NCBI GenBank assembly: GCA_964356815.1 | Contig: CAYHIR010000004.1 | Span: forward strand, 842 to 64,841 | DNA: 64,000 nucleotides | From: an uncultured Candidatus Saccharibacteria bacterium | GTDB lineage: Bacteria; Patescibacteriota; Minisyncoccia; Phycocordibacterales; DATGWK01 | Reading direction: 5' to 3' | Shown: piece by piece, positions 19,372 through 28,688 of the stretch | Position numbering within the stretch: the first letter of the stretch is position 1 | Layout of the letters: every line of letters begins with the position of its first letter | The notes under the pieces: model-generated | The model's database searches: none | What the model saw: only the letters and a program-made list of their open reading frames with translations | Told to the model about the DNA's origin: nothing | Position numbers and translations under genes: made by a program

Positions 19372-21768
19372 TTATTCTTTATCGCCTTCGTCGTCTGGTT
19401 TTTTGGCTGGTTTTTCTACCCCGTCAGTCTTCCCTTTCTTTACAGCTTCAAAAAGTTTTTCCCACTGCTGATCCTCTTTGCCTTTTGAAAACTCACTTCT
19501 AATTTTCTGTGCTTCGTTGTAGCGCGTATTGCTAAACATAGGCCGGTTTTCTCCTAAAGTTTTTGGATTTTTGTATAATCTGAATGCACTTCTCCACGGT
19601 CTTTCCACAGCCTTTGATGCATATTCGAACGCCCTCAACTTAGATGGACTCTCTGTTTTGTTCTCTCTCACATATCTCTCTTCTTCGTTCTTCATAAATT
19701 CCTTTATCTTTTCCTTATCTCCCGCAAACCTAGCCTCAGCTTCTCTTTGAGACACACTTTTTGCACCAGAGTTTCCAAAGCGTTTTTTAGCTTCGTCTTC
19801 GGATATGCCTTTTAGCTCGTCAACTTTTCCTTGAGCAGACTTTCTGTCTTCTATAACGACCTTAAGTTCCTCTCCTATCTTTCCCTCGATCTTGATTCTC
19901 TGGTCTCTAATTTTTCCTAATGGAATTGAATCAATCTGTAGTTTATTAGAAAGTGTATTAATTCCAGCGGCTCTATCTGAAATATTTTTCTGAATTTGTG
20001 CTTTAGCGGTGTCTGGGATTCTGGCGTCTTTTAGTCTTTCCATATCAGCCAACTGCTCCTTCTTCATGTCTTCAAGTTTTTTCTCTGAAGGAGCTAGGCT
20101 ATCTTTAAGAGTTTTCTCTTGGGCGGCGATTAATTCTAGTGGAGTTTTGTAGCTCTCTCGGATAGCTCGTTCCCTTTCTTTCGTCCTCTCGACAGCTTGT
20201 TGTGCCTGATCCACTTTCACCTTGCTTGGACCAAGATCTTTCGCTCTATCAAGGGCAAGTTTTTCGCGTTCCTCCACAAATTTATCGTAACCATCTTTTC
20301 CTCCAGCTTTGCCTAAGCCACCGATAGTGCCAGCGAGTTCGCCGCCAATCTTTGTTGCTCTAACATCAAAACTAGATTTTGCGATATCTTTAGATTTGCC
20401 TCTTACAACGCCAGCCAAAGCTCCTCTCCAACCACCACTTGCCTCAGCTTTTTTAAGTGCTTCAGAGTCGGCGATATTTCTTCCTGTCCATCCGACAGTT
20501 CTTCTTCCTGCGTATCCTAGAGCACCAGCCGTTGCTCCACCAAAGTATCCCTGTGCACCGACCCTCAGCTTCTTGCCGAACTTCATTAGCCCGCCAGCTC
20601 CATGCGCACCGGCTTCCTTTGCAATGATAAGCGCGGCGACAGTGAAAGCGATGATTATGAAGAAGTTCATGAAAATTGCACCGGCGCTTGCACCAGCTCC
20701 GGTCGCTCCGTTTCCAAGACTGGCGACCATTGATGCAATGTTTTGATTTGGATCAGGAGTTGCGACAATCACATCAAGCAGCTGCAGCACTATCCAAAGA
20801 AGAGCGATACAGACTGGCGCAAAGATTACTTGATCCCAAAGAGCACTGAACCAACGGCCAGAATATTTGTCATTCGGCAAAGCCATCGCTGCAAATGCCA
20901 GCGGTGAGAGTATGAAAAGAAAAATAATAATTACAAATCGAGATATGAAAAGAATCGACATGGCGAAAAATATAAAGGCTGCCGTGCCCATGAAGATCAT
21001 GCCCAAGAATCCTACCTCGAGCATTTTTATCCAGTCTCCACCGGTCGCTGTTGCTATTACATTGCCTGCCGTGCCTGTATTGTACCAACTAGTAAAACCA
21101 AATTTCTGCATGTAAGCATTTGCAATGTTGGCACCCTCGCCACTGACACTGGCGTTTATTTGATTGTAAAAGACGACTGTGAGAGTGTTCGAACCGTCAA
21201 TGATTAGCTTCGTGAAAAACAAACTGAAGTTTAAAAGAAGAGCGACGATTATCACTCGAGTCAACATTTTTTTCATGTCGACGTTGCCCAACCCAAGAAT
21301 TGTGCCGATGGCTACATATAGAAGAATAAATATGAACGCCATGTTGGCGAGATCGCGGAATGTTGTCCATGTCTTATTTATAATGTTGTATAGGTCTCCG
21401 TTGGCGCCAACATGAGCAGACATATTTACTATCGTATAAGCCATTACATTATTTAGAAGGACGCCCGATATACCAAGTATCAAACTGCCAATAGTCAGAA
21501 GTCCTACGGCGATGTTGTTGACCAAAAGCTTCATACACTGGATCGGTGAAGTAATTCCGCAAACGAAAGGATTCGGCGGGCCAACTGGCAATACAGCTGG
21601 GGTGTTATAAGTCGCCTCAAATTCATCTGCCGGTATTTCTGTGATGGTTTGTGCACGGGTCACATTTGCTGGCGCTGCTGTGACAAAAATTCCTAGAAAA
21701 ATTGTTGAAATAAAAACAACTGATAAAGTTATCATCCAAATCTTTTTCTTTTTCAAAAAATTAAACAT
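19372..21768 (-). CDS. VirB6/TrbL-like polytopic membrane protein with long charged C-terminal tail
   Basis: Signal/TM start, six or more TM helices in the middle, a Gly-rich segment, then a ~300 aa K/E-rich tail. Confidence 0.5.
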   Translation of the reverse strand: MFNFLKKKKIWMITLSVVFISTIFLGIFVTAAPANVTRAQTITEIPADEFEATYNTPAVLPVGPPNPFVCGITSPIQCMKLLVNNIAVGLLTIGSLILGISGVLLNNVMAYTIVNMSAHVGANGDLYNIINKTWTTFRDLANMAFIFILLYVAIGTILGLGNVDMKKMLTRVIIVALLLNFSLFFTKLIIDGSNTLTVVFYNQINASVSGEGANIANAYMQKFGFTSWYNTGTAGNVIATATGGDWIKMLEVGFLGMIFMGTAAFIFFAMSILFISRFVIIIFLFILSPLAFAAMALPNDKYSGRWFSALWDQVIFAPVCIALLWIVLQLLDVIVATPDPNQNIASMVASLGNGATGAGASAGAIFMNFFIIIAFTVAALIIAKEAGAHGAGGLMKFGKKLRVGAQGYFGGATAGALGYAGRRTVGWTGRNIADSEALKKAEASGGWRGALAGVVRGKSKDIAKSSFDVRATKIGGELAGTIGGLGKAGGKDGYDKFVEEREKLALDRAKDLGPSKVKVDQAQQAVERTKERERAIRESYKTPLELIAAQEKTLKDSLAPSEKKLEDMKKEQLADMERLKDARIPDTAKAQIQKNISDRAAGINTLSNKLQIDSIPLGKIRDQRIKIEGKIGEELKVVIEDRKSAQGKVDELKGISEDEAKKRFGNSGAKSVSQREAEARFAGDKEKIKEFMKNEEERYVRENKTESPSKLRAFEYASKAVERPWRSAFRLYKNPKTLGENRPMFSNTRYNEAQKIRSEFSKGKEDQQWEKLFEAVKKGKTDGVEKPAKKPDDEGDKE

Positions 21769-21770
21769 TT

Positions 21771-23012
21771 TTATATCGTTATCCCCTGCACCGTTACAGT
21801 ATCAGAGCAAGTGAATGTCTTTGTTCGACCGTTGGCAGTAACTCTGACCTGAGCATTTTTTTCGCCAACAGATGGGTAACCCACAACCAGAGAGTTGGCA
21901 TTACCGAAAGATGTTGTTGTGCTTGTCGCCAGCTCTATTGGTGTACTGCCGCTCCAAACAAAAGTAGTTCTGTTGGATCGGCTACCGTTTACATAAGTTG
22001 TCCAAGTGACCGGCTCATTTATTTCGGCAATGCCAGTATCAGCAAAACAGTAGCCTGTGAAATTATTTTGGTCGCTTCCACTGCCGCTACCACTTTGCGC
22101 ACCAGAGAAACCGCCAATCACCTGTCGTACAAAATATCCCGCCAAAGCACCAACAACTTCATTAAACTCATCAGCTATTTCTAGACGATCTAGATTTGTG
22201 CCTAAGACATTTTCGAGTTGTGTTTCCACGACAGCTCCTGGCGTTTGGATCTGACCATTTTCATCTTCCCAAGAGAAGAAGCCATTACCCCAATCGAGCT
22301 TTAAGAGTTCTATGTTTTGAGAACCGGCGATGCGGACGCTCAACTCAGTATTTGCTTTTGCATACGCGCCGTATGGATTGTTGTTGGCATTTTGCGTCAT
22401 GCTAAACCAGCCGTCCCAGCCGCCCTGATTAAAATCACCTTCGGTAAATTTGGCAAAATTTTCGGCGTTGGCTATTACATCAGATAAAGAACAGTTGATG
22501 CGAAAATCTGAAGAGTGACTGAAATTGAGTGCGCCTCTGATTTGTAATTGAAAAGGATCACACATAAAGCCCAGCTCTGTGCCGGCGATAAATTCTCCTG
22601 CTACCTGATCAGCTACTCCACTGAGAAATTGTTCAGGATTAGTGACGAAAGCTGGTCCGCCTTCGAAGCCGCGATTAATCCAATTGACTATAGAGTTTGT
22701 AACGTTGTCTATTAGAATGTTGCCTGCTTGCCAAGCAAAAGCGTCGAGCCCGAGGCCAAAAATTCCCTGCTCTTTTAAGTTGTTTGGAACATCGTTTGTT
22801 GGTACAAGTAGAGCTGCGCCGATCCCCTGAGCTTGAGCGTGCGCTTTATTTACTGTTTGCGGATAAAAAATTCCAGAAAAAAGTGACGCCGATGTGGCGG
22901 TGATTGTTATGGCGGAAAAAATCAGAATGGCTAAAAGTGCGACCGACAGACGAGCGGACGATTTTTTTGTGTATGTTAAAAAGTCCATTTTTTGGCTCTT
23001 TGTCTCAATCAT
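21771..23012 (-). CDS. Secreted hypothetical protein (N-terminal TM anchor)
   Basis: N-terminal hydrophobic segment LSVALLAILIFSAITITA. No domain recognised. Confidence 0.45.
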   Translation of the reverse strand: MIETKSQKMDFLTYTKKSSARLSVALLAILIFSAITITATSASLFSGIFYPQTVNKAHAQAQGIGAALLVPTNDVPNNLKEQGIFGLGLDAFAWQAGNILIDNVTNSIVNWINRGFEGGPAFVTNPEQFLSGVADQVAGEFIAGTELGFMCDPFQLQIRGALNFSHSSDFRINCSLSDVIANAENFAKFTEGDFNQGGWDGWFSMTQNANNNPYGAYAKANTELSVRIAGSQNIELLKLDWGNGFFSWEDENGQIQTPGAVVETQLENVLGTNLDRLEIADEFNEVVGALAGYFVRQVIGGFSGAQSGSGSGSDQNNFTGYCFADTGIAEINEPVTWTTYVNGSRSNRTTFVWSGSTPIELATSTTTSFGNANSLVVGYPSVGEKNAQVRVTANGRTKTFTCSDTVTVQGITI

Positions 23013-24001
23013 ATCGCATTTGTAAGGGCGTAACCATATTCTGACTGTGTAAAGGTTATGTTTTGTGTGGCGAAAATATTTTTGAGTTCATCAATTGCAG
23101 AATTTAGAGCGGCGGTGTCTTCTCCGTATTTTTTTATGCTCGCCAAACCAACGATCGGATCAGAAAACATTTTTTTAAATCCGGAAACGTCGCCTTTAAT
23201 TGCCTCAAAACTATTTACAACTTCCAAATGAGCGAGAGCGGCGGCGACCGGCACTCCAGTCAATCTCAAACCCAGCACAATCCCCTCATATCGAGCGATA
23301 GACGCGTCTAGTCTTTGTAAATCAGAGGCCGATTTATCGTTGAGTGCCACATTTAGTATCTCGTACTCATTATTATTGGCCGTTATTTGATTGTTTAGAA
23401 GGACAAGACCGACGGAATTGCCGTATTTCTTCATGTTCTCCTCGTTTTCTTCGTCATTTTTGCCTTCCGGAACGAGTTTGAGGTCGGAAATTGAGTATTT
23501 TTTGCTCTGACCGACGGAAATATTGGCACTCGCGAGACTTTCTATGAGCTCTTCTTGGTTTACGGTGCCTGTGCGCTTAGCTTCTATATACTTAGCAAAG
23601 AATTCACGGCTAAATTTCTCGGTTTCTGAGAGGTTTTCTTCTATTTCTGCGCCCGCACCTGCGCCACCGCTCACGCCAGATGAGCCGCCCGCCGAGCCAT
23701 TCACGCCACCGCTCGCCTCTAGGCCGACAAGTGTTTCCTCCCAGTTTTTTATGCCGTCACCGTCGTCGTCTAAGTCGGAAATTTTCTTCAAAAACTCTGA
23801 ATCGACGGCATTTGATGGGTTGTTGCTGTCTTTTGTGTCGAAAATGCCCGATTTTTGGCCATTTTCAGCACTTTTTGAGCCGTTTGCACCATTGGCGCTA
23901 CTTGTGGTGGAATATTGAGCGGCAAAAACCACTGTGCCGAGCGCTAAAAGGCAGGCAATAAAAACGAAAGCGACCCTTTTGCTTGGTCGGAGAGAAGTCA
24001 T
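23009..24001 (-). CDS. Secreted hypothetical protein with Gly/Ser-rich linker (first gene of cluster)
   Basis: Signal peptide VAFVFIACLLALGTVVFA. Low-complexity GGSSGVSGGAGAGA stretch. Confidence 0.4.
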   Translation of the reverse strand: MTSLRPSKRVAFVFIACLLALGTVVFAAQYSTTSSANGANGSKSAENGQKSGIFDTKDSNNPSNAVDSEFLKKISDLDDDGDGIKNWEETLVGLEASGGVNGSAGGSSGVSGGAGAGAEIEENLSETEKFSREFFAKYIEAKRTGTVNQEELIESLASANISVGQSKKYSISDLKLVPEGKNDEENEENMKKYGNSVGLVLLNNQITANNNEYEILNVALNDKSASDLQRLDASIARYEGIVLGLRLTGVPVAAALAHLEVVNSFEAIKGDVSGFKKMFSDPIVGLASIKKYGEDTAALNSAIDELKNIFATQNITFTQSEYGYALTNAI

Positions 24002-24075
24002 TCTTATAGTATATCAAAAGAAATAGATTCGAGTTAGAATAGCGAGACGGAATAATCGGTCGACAGTCAATTAAG

Positions 24076-24474
24076 ATGCATAAAAATTACCTAAAAAATC
24101 TCATTGCTGTCGTCGCTCTCTTCGTAATAATATTTGTTCTTTTTTCCACTCTTCCAATTCAGGCGCACGGGTTCAATTTGCCTTTCGGCGGCAAGGTGAT
24201 ACTACCGCCTTTTTGGTGTTCTTGTACCGGAGCATGGCTTCTTACCATTGGTCCACCGAAAGGCGGCGAGTTTTTGTTTTTTCCACCCTTTTCTCAAAAA
24301 GCCTACTTCCAACTCCCATCTCTCGGTCCAGGCTTCGGCTCTTGGACGCTTGGTCTTTATACTCCCGTCGTTGGTCGTTGCTCTTTTTATACAGGAGAAG
24401 ATTGCTCTACCCGCGCTGTTACTCAGGGTGTTATATTTCAGCCAATTGTTGGCTCATCTTACGCGAGTTTTTAA
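24076..24474 (+). CDS. Small hypothetical exported protein
   Basis: N-terminal TM helix. No homology recognised; could be spurious. Confidence 0.3.
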   Translation: MHKNYLKNLIAVVALFVIIFVLFSTLPIQAHGFNLPFGGKVILPPFWCSCTGAWLLTIGPPKGGEFLFFPPFSQKAYFQLPSLGPGFGSWTLGLYTPVVGRCSFYTGEDCSTRAVTQGVIFQPIVGSSYASF

Positions 24475-24544
24475 GTAAAAAACTTGCTTTTTTTTCTAGA
24501 TCTGCTAAGTTATAAGTGATCGTAAGATCGCTAAATCTAAAGCT

Positions 24545-24570
24545 GAGGGGCCCCGGTAAGGGGTCCTTTG
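24545..24570. terminator. GC-rich hairpin (GGGGCCCC..GGGG) between convergent genes
   Basis: CCCC-GGTAA-GGGG stem-loop followed by TCCTTTG on the plus strand. It sits between the ends of 24076..24474(+) and 24576..25202(-). Confidence 0.3.
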
Positions 24571-24575
24571 TGCTA

Positions 24576-25202
24576 TTAGGAGCTTAGTTTGTTGAGCTCC
24601 CTGAGCTCTCTATTCCAACAGACAAACTTTTCCAAATCTCTTATATCAAAAATAATAAGTCCCGTAGGCCGTAGGCTATTTAATTCTTTGGATATACGTC
24701 CAGCTGTTGCAAATAGTGCAACTCTTTTATTAGCACTAAGGAGTTGTTGTATGGGGTTTGCAAAATCACTATCACCACTCCACAGTACAAAAGTGTCGGC
24801 ATTGTTGTGCTCAAGATCAAGAAGCATATTTACTCCAATTTCAACATCAAAATTGCATTTTTTATCTCGTAGTTTTCGTATACCTTGTTGATTTAGGTTT
24901 TGCAAATGCTGATTGAGACCTTCTATTTGATCCAATGTCATGGTTTTGAGTAGTGGAGTGCGAATAAAATCTGTCAAAAGATCCGATGATTGCATTGACT
25001 GCAAACTCGTTGCATCAATTGATAATTCCATTATTTTTACTGGTTTAGTATGTAGCTCGTACCCTTGATCTTCAAGATCTTTTATATTTCTTTCCGACTC
25101 TTTGTCTCCCACCAATGTTCCTTGATAGAAGTGAATCTTTTTAATTAGCTCTGTTTGTTCATCAGCAATCATTTTTATTTTGTCTGTTTTTGGACTAAAC
25201 AT
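24576..25202 (-). CDS. NYN-domain (LabA/PIN-like) protein
   Basis: KKCNFDVEIGVNMLLDLEHNNADTFVLWSGDSDFANPIQQLLSANKRVALF is the NYN catalytic-core signature. Confidence 0.6.
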   Translation of the reverse strand: MFSPKTDKIKMIADEQTELIKKIHFYQGTLVGDKESERNIKDLEDQGYELHTKPVKIMELSIDATSLQSMQSSDLLTDFIRTPLLKTMTLDQIEGLNQHLQNLNQQGIRKLRDKKCNFDVEIGVNMLLDLEHNNADTFVLWSGDSDFANPIQQLLSANKRVALFATAGRISKELNSLRPTGLIIFDIRDLEKFVCWNRELRELNKLSS

Positions 25203-25271
25203 GACGCTTATCTTATAGTTAAGATGTTAAAGATAAGTTTAATTTTTTCTTATTTTGATATCGTTTTACCC

Positions 25272-25514
25272 ATGTTAAACAACAAATTATTCTTTAATTT
25301 GCCCGTCGTCATTACTAAGCAAAATAAGCATTTTGTGGCGTATACTCCTGCACTCGATATTTCCACTTCTGGTAAATCTGAAAAGGATGTCAAAAAAAGG
25401 TTTGTTGAGCTGGTGAATATTTTTTTAGAGGAAATTATTGAGAAAAAAACTGTCGACGGCGTGCTTTATGAGTTGGGTTGGGAAAAAGAATATCTAAAAG
25501 CTATCTCGAGGTAA
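25272..25514 (+). CDS. HicB-like (UPF0150) small protein, putative antitoxin
   Basis: The start was moved to an internal Met. HFVAYTPALDISTSGKSEKDVKKRFVELVNIFLEE resembles the HicB fold consensus. No HicA partner is seen. Confidence 0.3.
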   Translation: MLNNKLFFNLPVVITKQNKHFVAYTPALDISTSGKSEKDVKKRFVELVNIFLEEIIEKKTVDGVLYELGWEKEYLKAISR

Positions 25515-26360
25515 TTTTTCCAGTAAGAGTTTCCAATCATTAAGATTCAAATCTTCAGCACGAGAATTTTCGTCTAGTCCAGACTCAGTAAAGATTTTTT
25601 CCAAATTTTCTTTTGCCGCAATTTCTTCCAAATTTCTAATCAACTTTTTTCTTTTGTGGGCAAAGCCGGCATGAAGTATTTCGAAAAATTTTTCTTCTGT
25701 GCCCGTTGTGCTGCTTGCGCCGCCAAATTCAAAAAACTTTTTAGAGATGTCGGCGATGAGCAAAATTGCAGAGTCAACATTTGGTGCTGGAGAAAAATCT
25801 TCGCGCTTCACAATCGCTATACGTTTCGGCACTCCGTATGCGCGTACTGCGAGTGAGAGCAAACTTCCCTTTCCGTCATGAGCGACGATGCGATCGGCAA
25901 CTTCTCTTTGCACCAAAAGTACCGCGCGGGATGGCTGACAGTCGCCCGACAAAAAATTGCGAATGATTTGACCGGTGATGTAATACGGAATGTTGGCAAC
26001 GAGTTTGTAACGACCAGCTTCGAGTCCGAGTGTTTGCGGTTTGGTTTCTAAAATGTCGCCGCCGGTGAGCTCCAAACGACCGTTCGCAATTTCCGTCGAA
26101 AATTTTTGTCGCAAAAATTCTACGAGCTCACCGTCTTTTTCTACAGCCACCACTCGCGCACCAGCTTCGAGTAGAAATTGTGTGAGTGCACCTTTGCCTG
26201 GTCCGATTTCTAAAATTTTTTCGCCAATCTCGCCACCATTTTCTTCGCCAGTTGCCTGCCCTATCGGATTTATTTCAGCCGCTAAAATAATTTGTCGCAG
26301 AGCGCGTTTTGATTTCAAAAAATTTTGTCCGAGGGTTTTATTTGCTTTGTGCGGGCGCAT
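25494..26360 (-). CDS. rsmA: 16S rRNA (adenine1518/1519-N6)-dimethyltransferase
   Basis: GQNFL motif and SAM-binding ILEIGPGKGALT. Size is 288 aa. Confidence 0.9.
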   Translation of the reverse strand: MRPHKANKTLGQNFLKSKRALRQIILAAEINPIGQATGEENGGEIGEKILEIGPGKGALTQFLLEAGARVVAVEKDGELVEFLRQKFSTEIANGRLELTGGDILETKPQTLGLEAGRYKLVANIPYYITGQIIRNFLSGDCQPSRAVLLVQREVADRIVAHDGKGSLLSLAVRAYGVPKRIAIVKREDFSPAPNVDSAILLIADISKKFFEFGGASSTTGTEEKFFEILHAGFAHKRKKLIRNLEEIAAKENLEKIFTESGLDENSRAEDLNLNDWKLLLEKLPRDSF

Positions 26361-26393
26361 GTTTTTTTTGCGGCGAAAAATTTCGCCGGCGGT

Positions 26394-28361
26394 TTAAAAA
26401 TATATTGTCTTAAGCGGCCGGCCGCCATCGCGCGGCTTGGTCACAAATTCCATCTCAGTGTGCTCCGGCGGAACATCAGAAAGAAATCGTGAGGGCAGAG
26501 TGGTGCGGCGTTCGCCAAAGATCGTGCGCATCGTAGCATAAGAAAGGAAAACTTTGTGCCTCGCACGCGTGAGAGCGACGTAAAAAAGTCGGCGTTCTTC
26601 CTCGGCCTCTTGCGAGCTGTCGCCCCTTGAGCTCGAGCGTTCGTGCGGGAACAAACCCTCTTCGAGACCCGTCACAAAAACATAATCAAACTCTAATCCT
26701 TTGGCGGCATGAACGGTCATTAAGCGCACAGCATCTGAGGCTACTTCGCCCGGCGTTTCTTCGGCGGCGGCGAGTGATGCGTCGGCGATCAGGAGCTCGA
26801 TTCCCTCGCCGATTGGTTCGCGGTCGTATCTTTTTGCGAGGGTAAGAAGTTCGCGGGCATTTTCGAGTCGCTCTTTATCTTGTTCGCTTCCGTGCTCAAG
26901 CAAATTTTCCATACCGCTTTCTTTGAGTACGAAGCGAATTGTTTCTGTCGGTGTTTGTGTTTGCGCCACAACTTTTATTCTTTCAAGTAGAGCGTAAAAG
27001 TTCTCTACTTTGGCGCGAAGTGTCGCTGAAAGCGCGGCTGTTTGTCCGGCCCAAATTTTTTCTAAAGTTTTGTCGCCAATGCCACGCGGAGGCACGTTTA
27101 TAATGCGTTCAACATCTCCTGGTGCGCCGCCATTTAATGCCGCGCGAATAAATGCGAGCGTGTCTTTAATTTCTTTGCGTTCGAAAAATTTTGTACCGAC
27201 CATCGCGTATGGCAAACCTTCAGCCGCAAACGCTTCTTCGAGCACGCGCGATTGAAAATTTGCGCGGTACAAAACGCTCATCTCACGAAGCGCCACACCT
27301 TTTTTCTGCAACTCTTTCACTTTGTTGGTTACAAAAAAAGCTTCCTCGGCCTCACTCCAACCTTCAAATACACCGATTTTTTCGCCGGTCACATTTTTCG
27401 TAAAAAGATTTTTCTCAATACGCACTTTATTTTTTTTGATGACGCTGTTGGCCGCCGCGAGAATTGTTTGTGTCGAGCGATAATTTTCTTCGAGTAAAAT
27501 AATTGTCGACTCAGGGTAATCTTTTTCGAAACGCATCATGTTGCTCATGTCTGCACCGCGCCAACTGTAAATATTTTGGTCCGTGTCGCCCACCGCGCAG
27601 ATGTTGTGGTGTTTGTCGGCGAGCAAAGAAACAATTTTGTACTGCACAGAATTTATATCCTGATACTCATCGATGTGAATATATTGCCAACGTTTCTGAT
27701 AGTACTCGCGCACTTCTAAATTTTTTTCTAAAAGTTTGGCAGTGACCAAAAGCAAGTCGTCGAAGTCGACAGCTTTTTCTTCGCGCAGTCGTGCCTCATA
27801 TTTTGGCCAAATCTGCGCTACGAGTCGCGGGAAAAATTCATTATTTACTCGCGTCGCGTATTGATCGGCCGTTACACAATTGCCTTTTTCGCGAGAAATG
27901 AAATGGAGAATTTTCGCTGGGTCGTTTTGCTTCGGGTCGAGGCCAAGAGAATTTAGAATATCTTTAACAATTCTTTTGCCGTCACCTGTATCATAAATGC
28001 TGAAAAAGCGTGGTAGGCCAATGAGCTCGGCTTGTTGCCTCATTATATGAACGCCCAGAGCATGAAAAGTGCTGACGAACGGGACAGGATGATGGTGTCG
28101 TGCGCGATCCTCCTCCGGGATGGATTTGTCGACAAGCATCCCCTCGATTCGCTCTTTCATCTCCCTGGCGGCCTTATTTGTGAAGGTGATGGCGAGAATA
28201 TTTCCCGGCGAGACACCTTTTTTAATGAGATGGAACATGCGGTGTGTGAGTGTTTTGGTTTTGCCCGCACCTGCTCCGGCCACGATGAGCACTGGGCCGT
28301 CGGTAGCCAAAACTGCTTCGAGTTGTTTGTCGTTTAGGTTGTGGAGGTGGGGTTCGTTCAT
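26394..28361 (-). CDS. pcrA: ATP-dependent DNA helicase PcrA/UvrD family
   Basis: Walker A AGAGAGKTKTLTHR. UvrD helicase motifs throughout. Size is 655 aa. Confidence 0.9.
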   Translation of the reverse strand: MNEPHLHNLNDKQLEAVLATDGPVLIVAGAGAGKTKTLTHRMFHLIKKGVSPGNILAITFTNKAAREMKERIEGMLVDKSIPEEDRARHHHPVPFVSTFHALGVHIMRQQAELIGLPRFFSIYDTGDGKRIVKDILNSLGLDPKQNDPAKILHFISREKGNCVTADQYATRVNNEFFPRLVAQIWPKYEARLREEKAVDFDDLLLVTAKLLEKNLEVREYYQKRWQYIHIDEYQDINSVQYKIVSLLADKHHNICAVGDTDQNIYSWRGADMSNMMRFEKDYPESTIILLEENYRSTQTILAAANSVIKKNKVRIEKNLFTKNVTGEKIGVFEGWSEAEEAFFVTNKVKELQKKGVALREMSVLYRANFQSRVLEEAFAAEGLPYAMVGTKFFERKEIKDTLAFIRAALNGGAPGDVERIINVPPRGIGDKTLEKIWAGQTAALSATLRAKVENFYALLERIKVVAQTQTPTETIRFVLKESGMENLLEHGSEQDKERLENARELLTLAKRYDREPIGEGIELLIADASLAAAEETPGEVASDAVRLMTVHAAKGLEFDYVFVTGLEEGLFPHERSSSRGDSSQEAEEERRLFYVALTRARHKVFLSYATMRTIFGERRTTLPSRFLSDVPPEHTEMEFVTKPRDGGRPLKTIYF

Positions 28362-28480
28362 TAAAATTTCGGTGAAAATTTTGGCGAAATAGTCTTCAAA
28401 CTATATCACGCGGCACTGGTCGCCAAAAACGCCATATTTTGCAACATATTTTGGCTATCCACAAGGTCTGGCGGCCCTCA

Positions 28481-28508
28481 TTGACCGCTTTTGGGGTGGG
28501 GGTATAAT
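28481..28508 (+). promoter_or_regulatory. Sigma70-like promoter TTGACC-16 nt-TATAAT
   Basis: Near-consensus -35 and -10 hexamers with a 16 nt spacer, about 180 nt upstream of the LysM/M23 gene. Confidence 0.5.
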
Positions 28509-28688
28509 AGACGAACACCCGAAATACCGAAAGACAGAATGGCTCAACGAAGCCATATTTTTCTGAAAGACTGCTTCGAAAACCGTTTACTATTAAATTA
28601 AAATTGTATTTTATCTAGATTCCCTTGGGCCCGTTTCGGTAATGGTAGAAAGGGCAACAATTTAAAATTTTTTGCCGGTGCGCTGATT

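Noticed and set aside
20309-21415. ORFs 20309..20746, 20867..21115 and 21179..21415 on the plus strand
   Set aside because: They are antisense to the long VirB6-like gene. Their Pro/Ala-rich translations are typical of the reverse frame of a hydrophobic protein.
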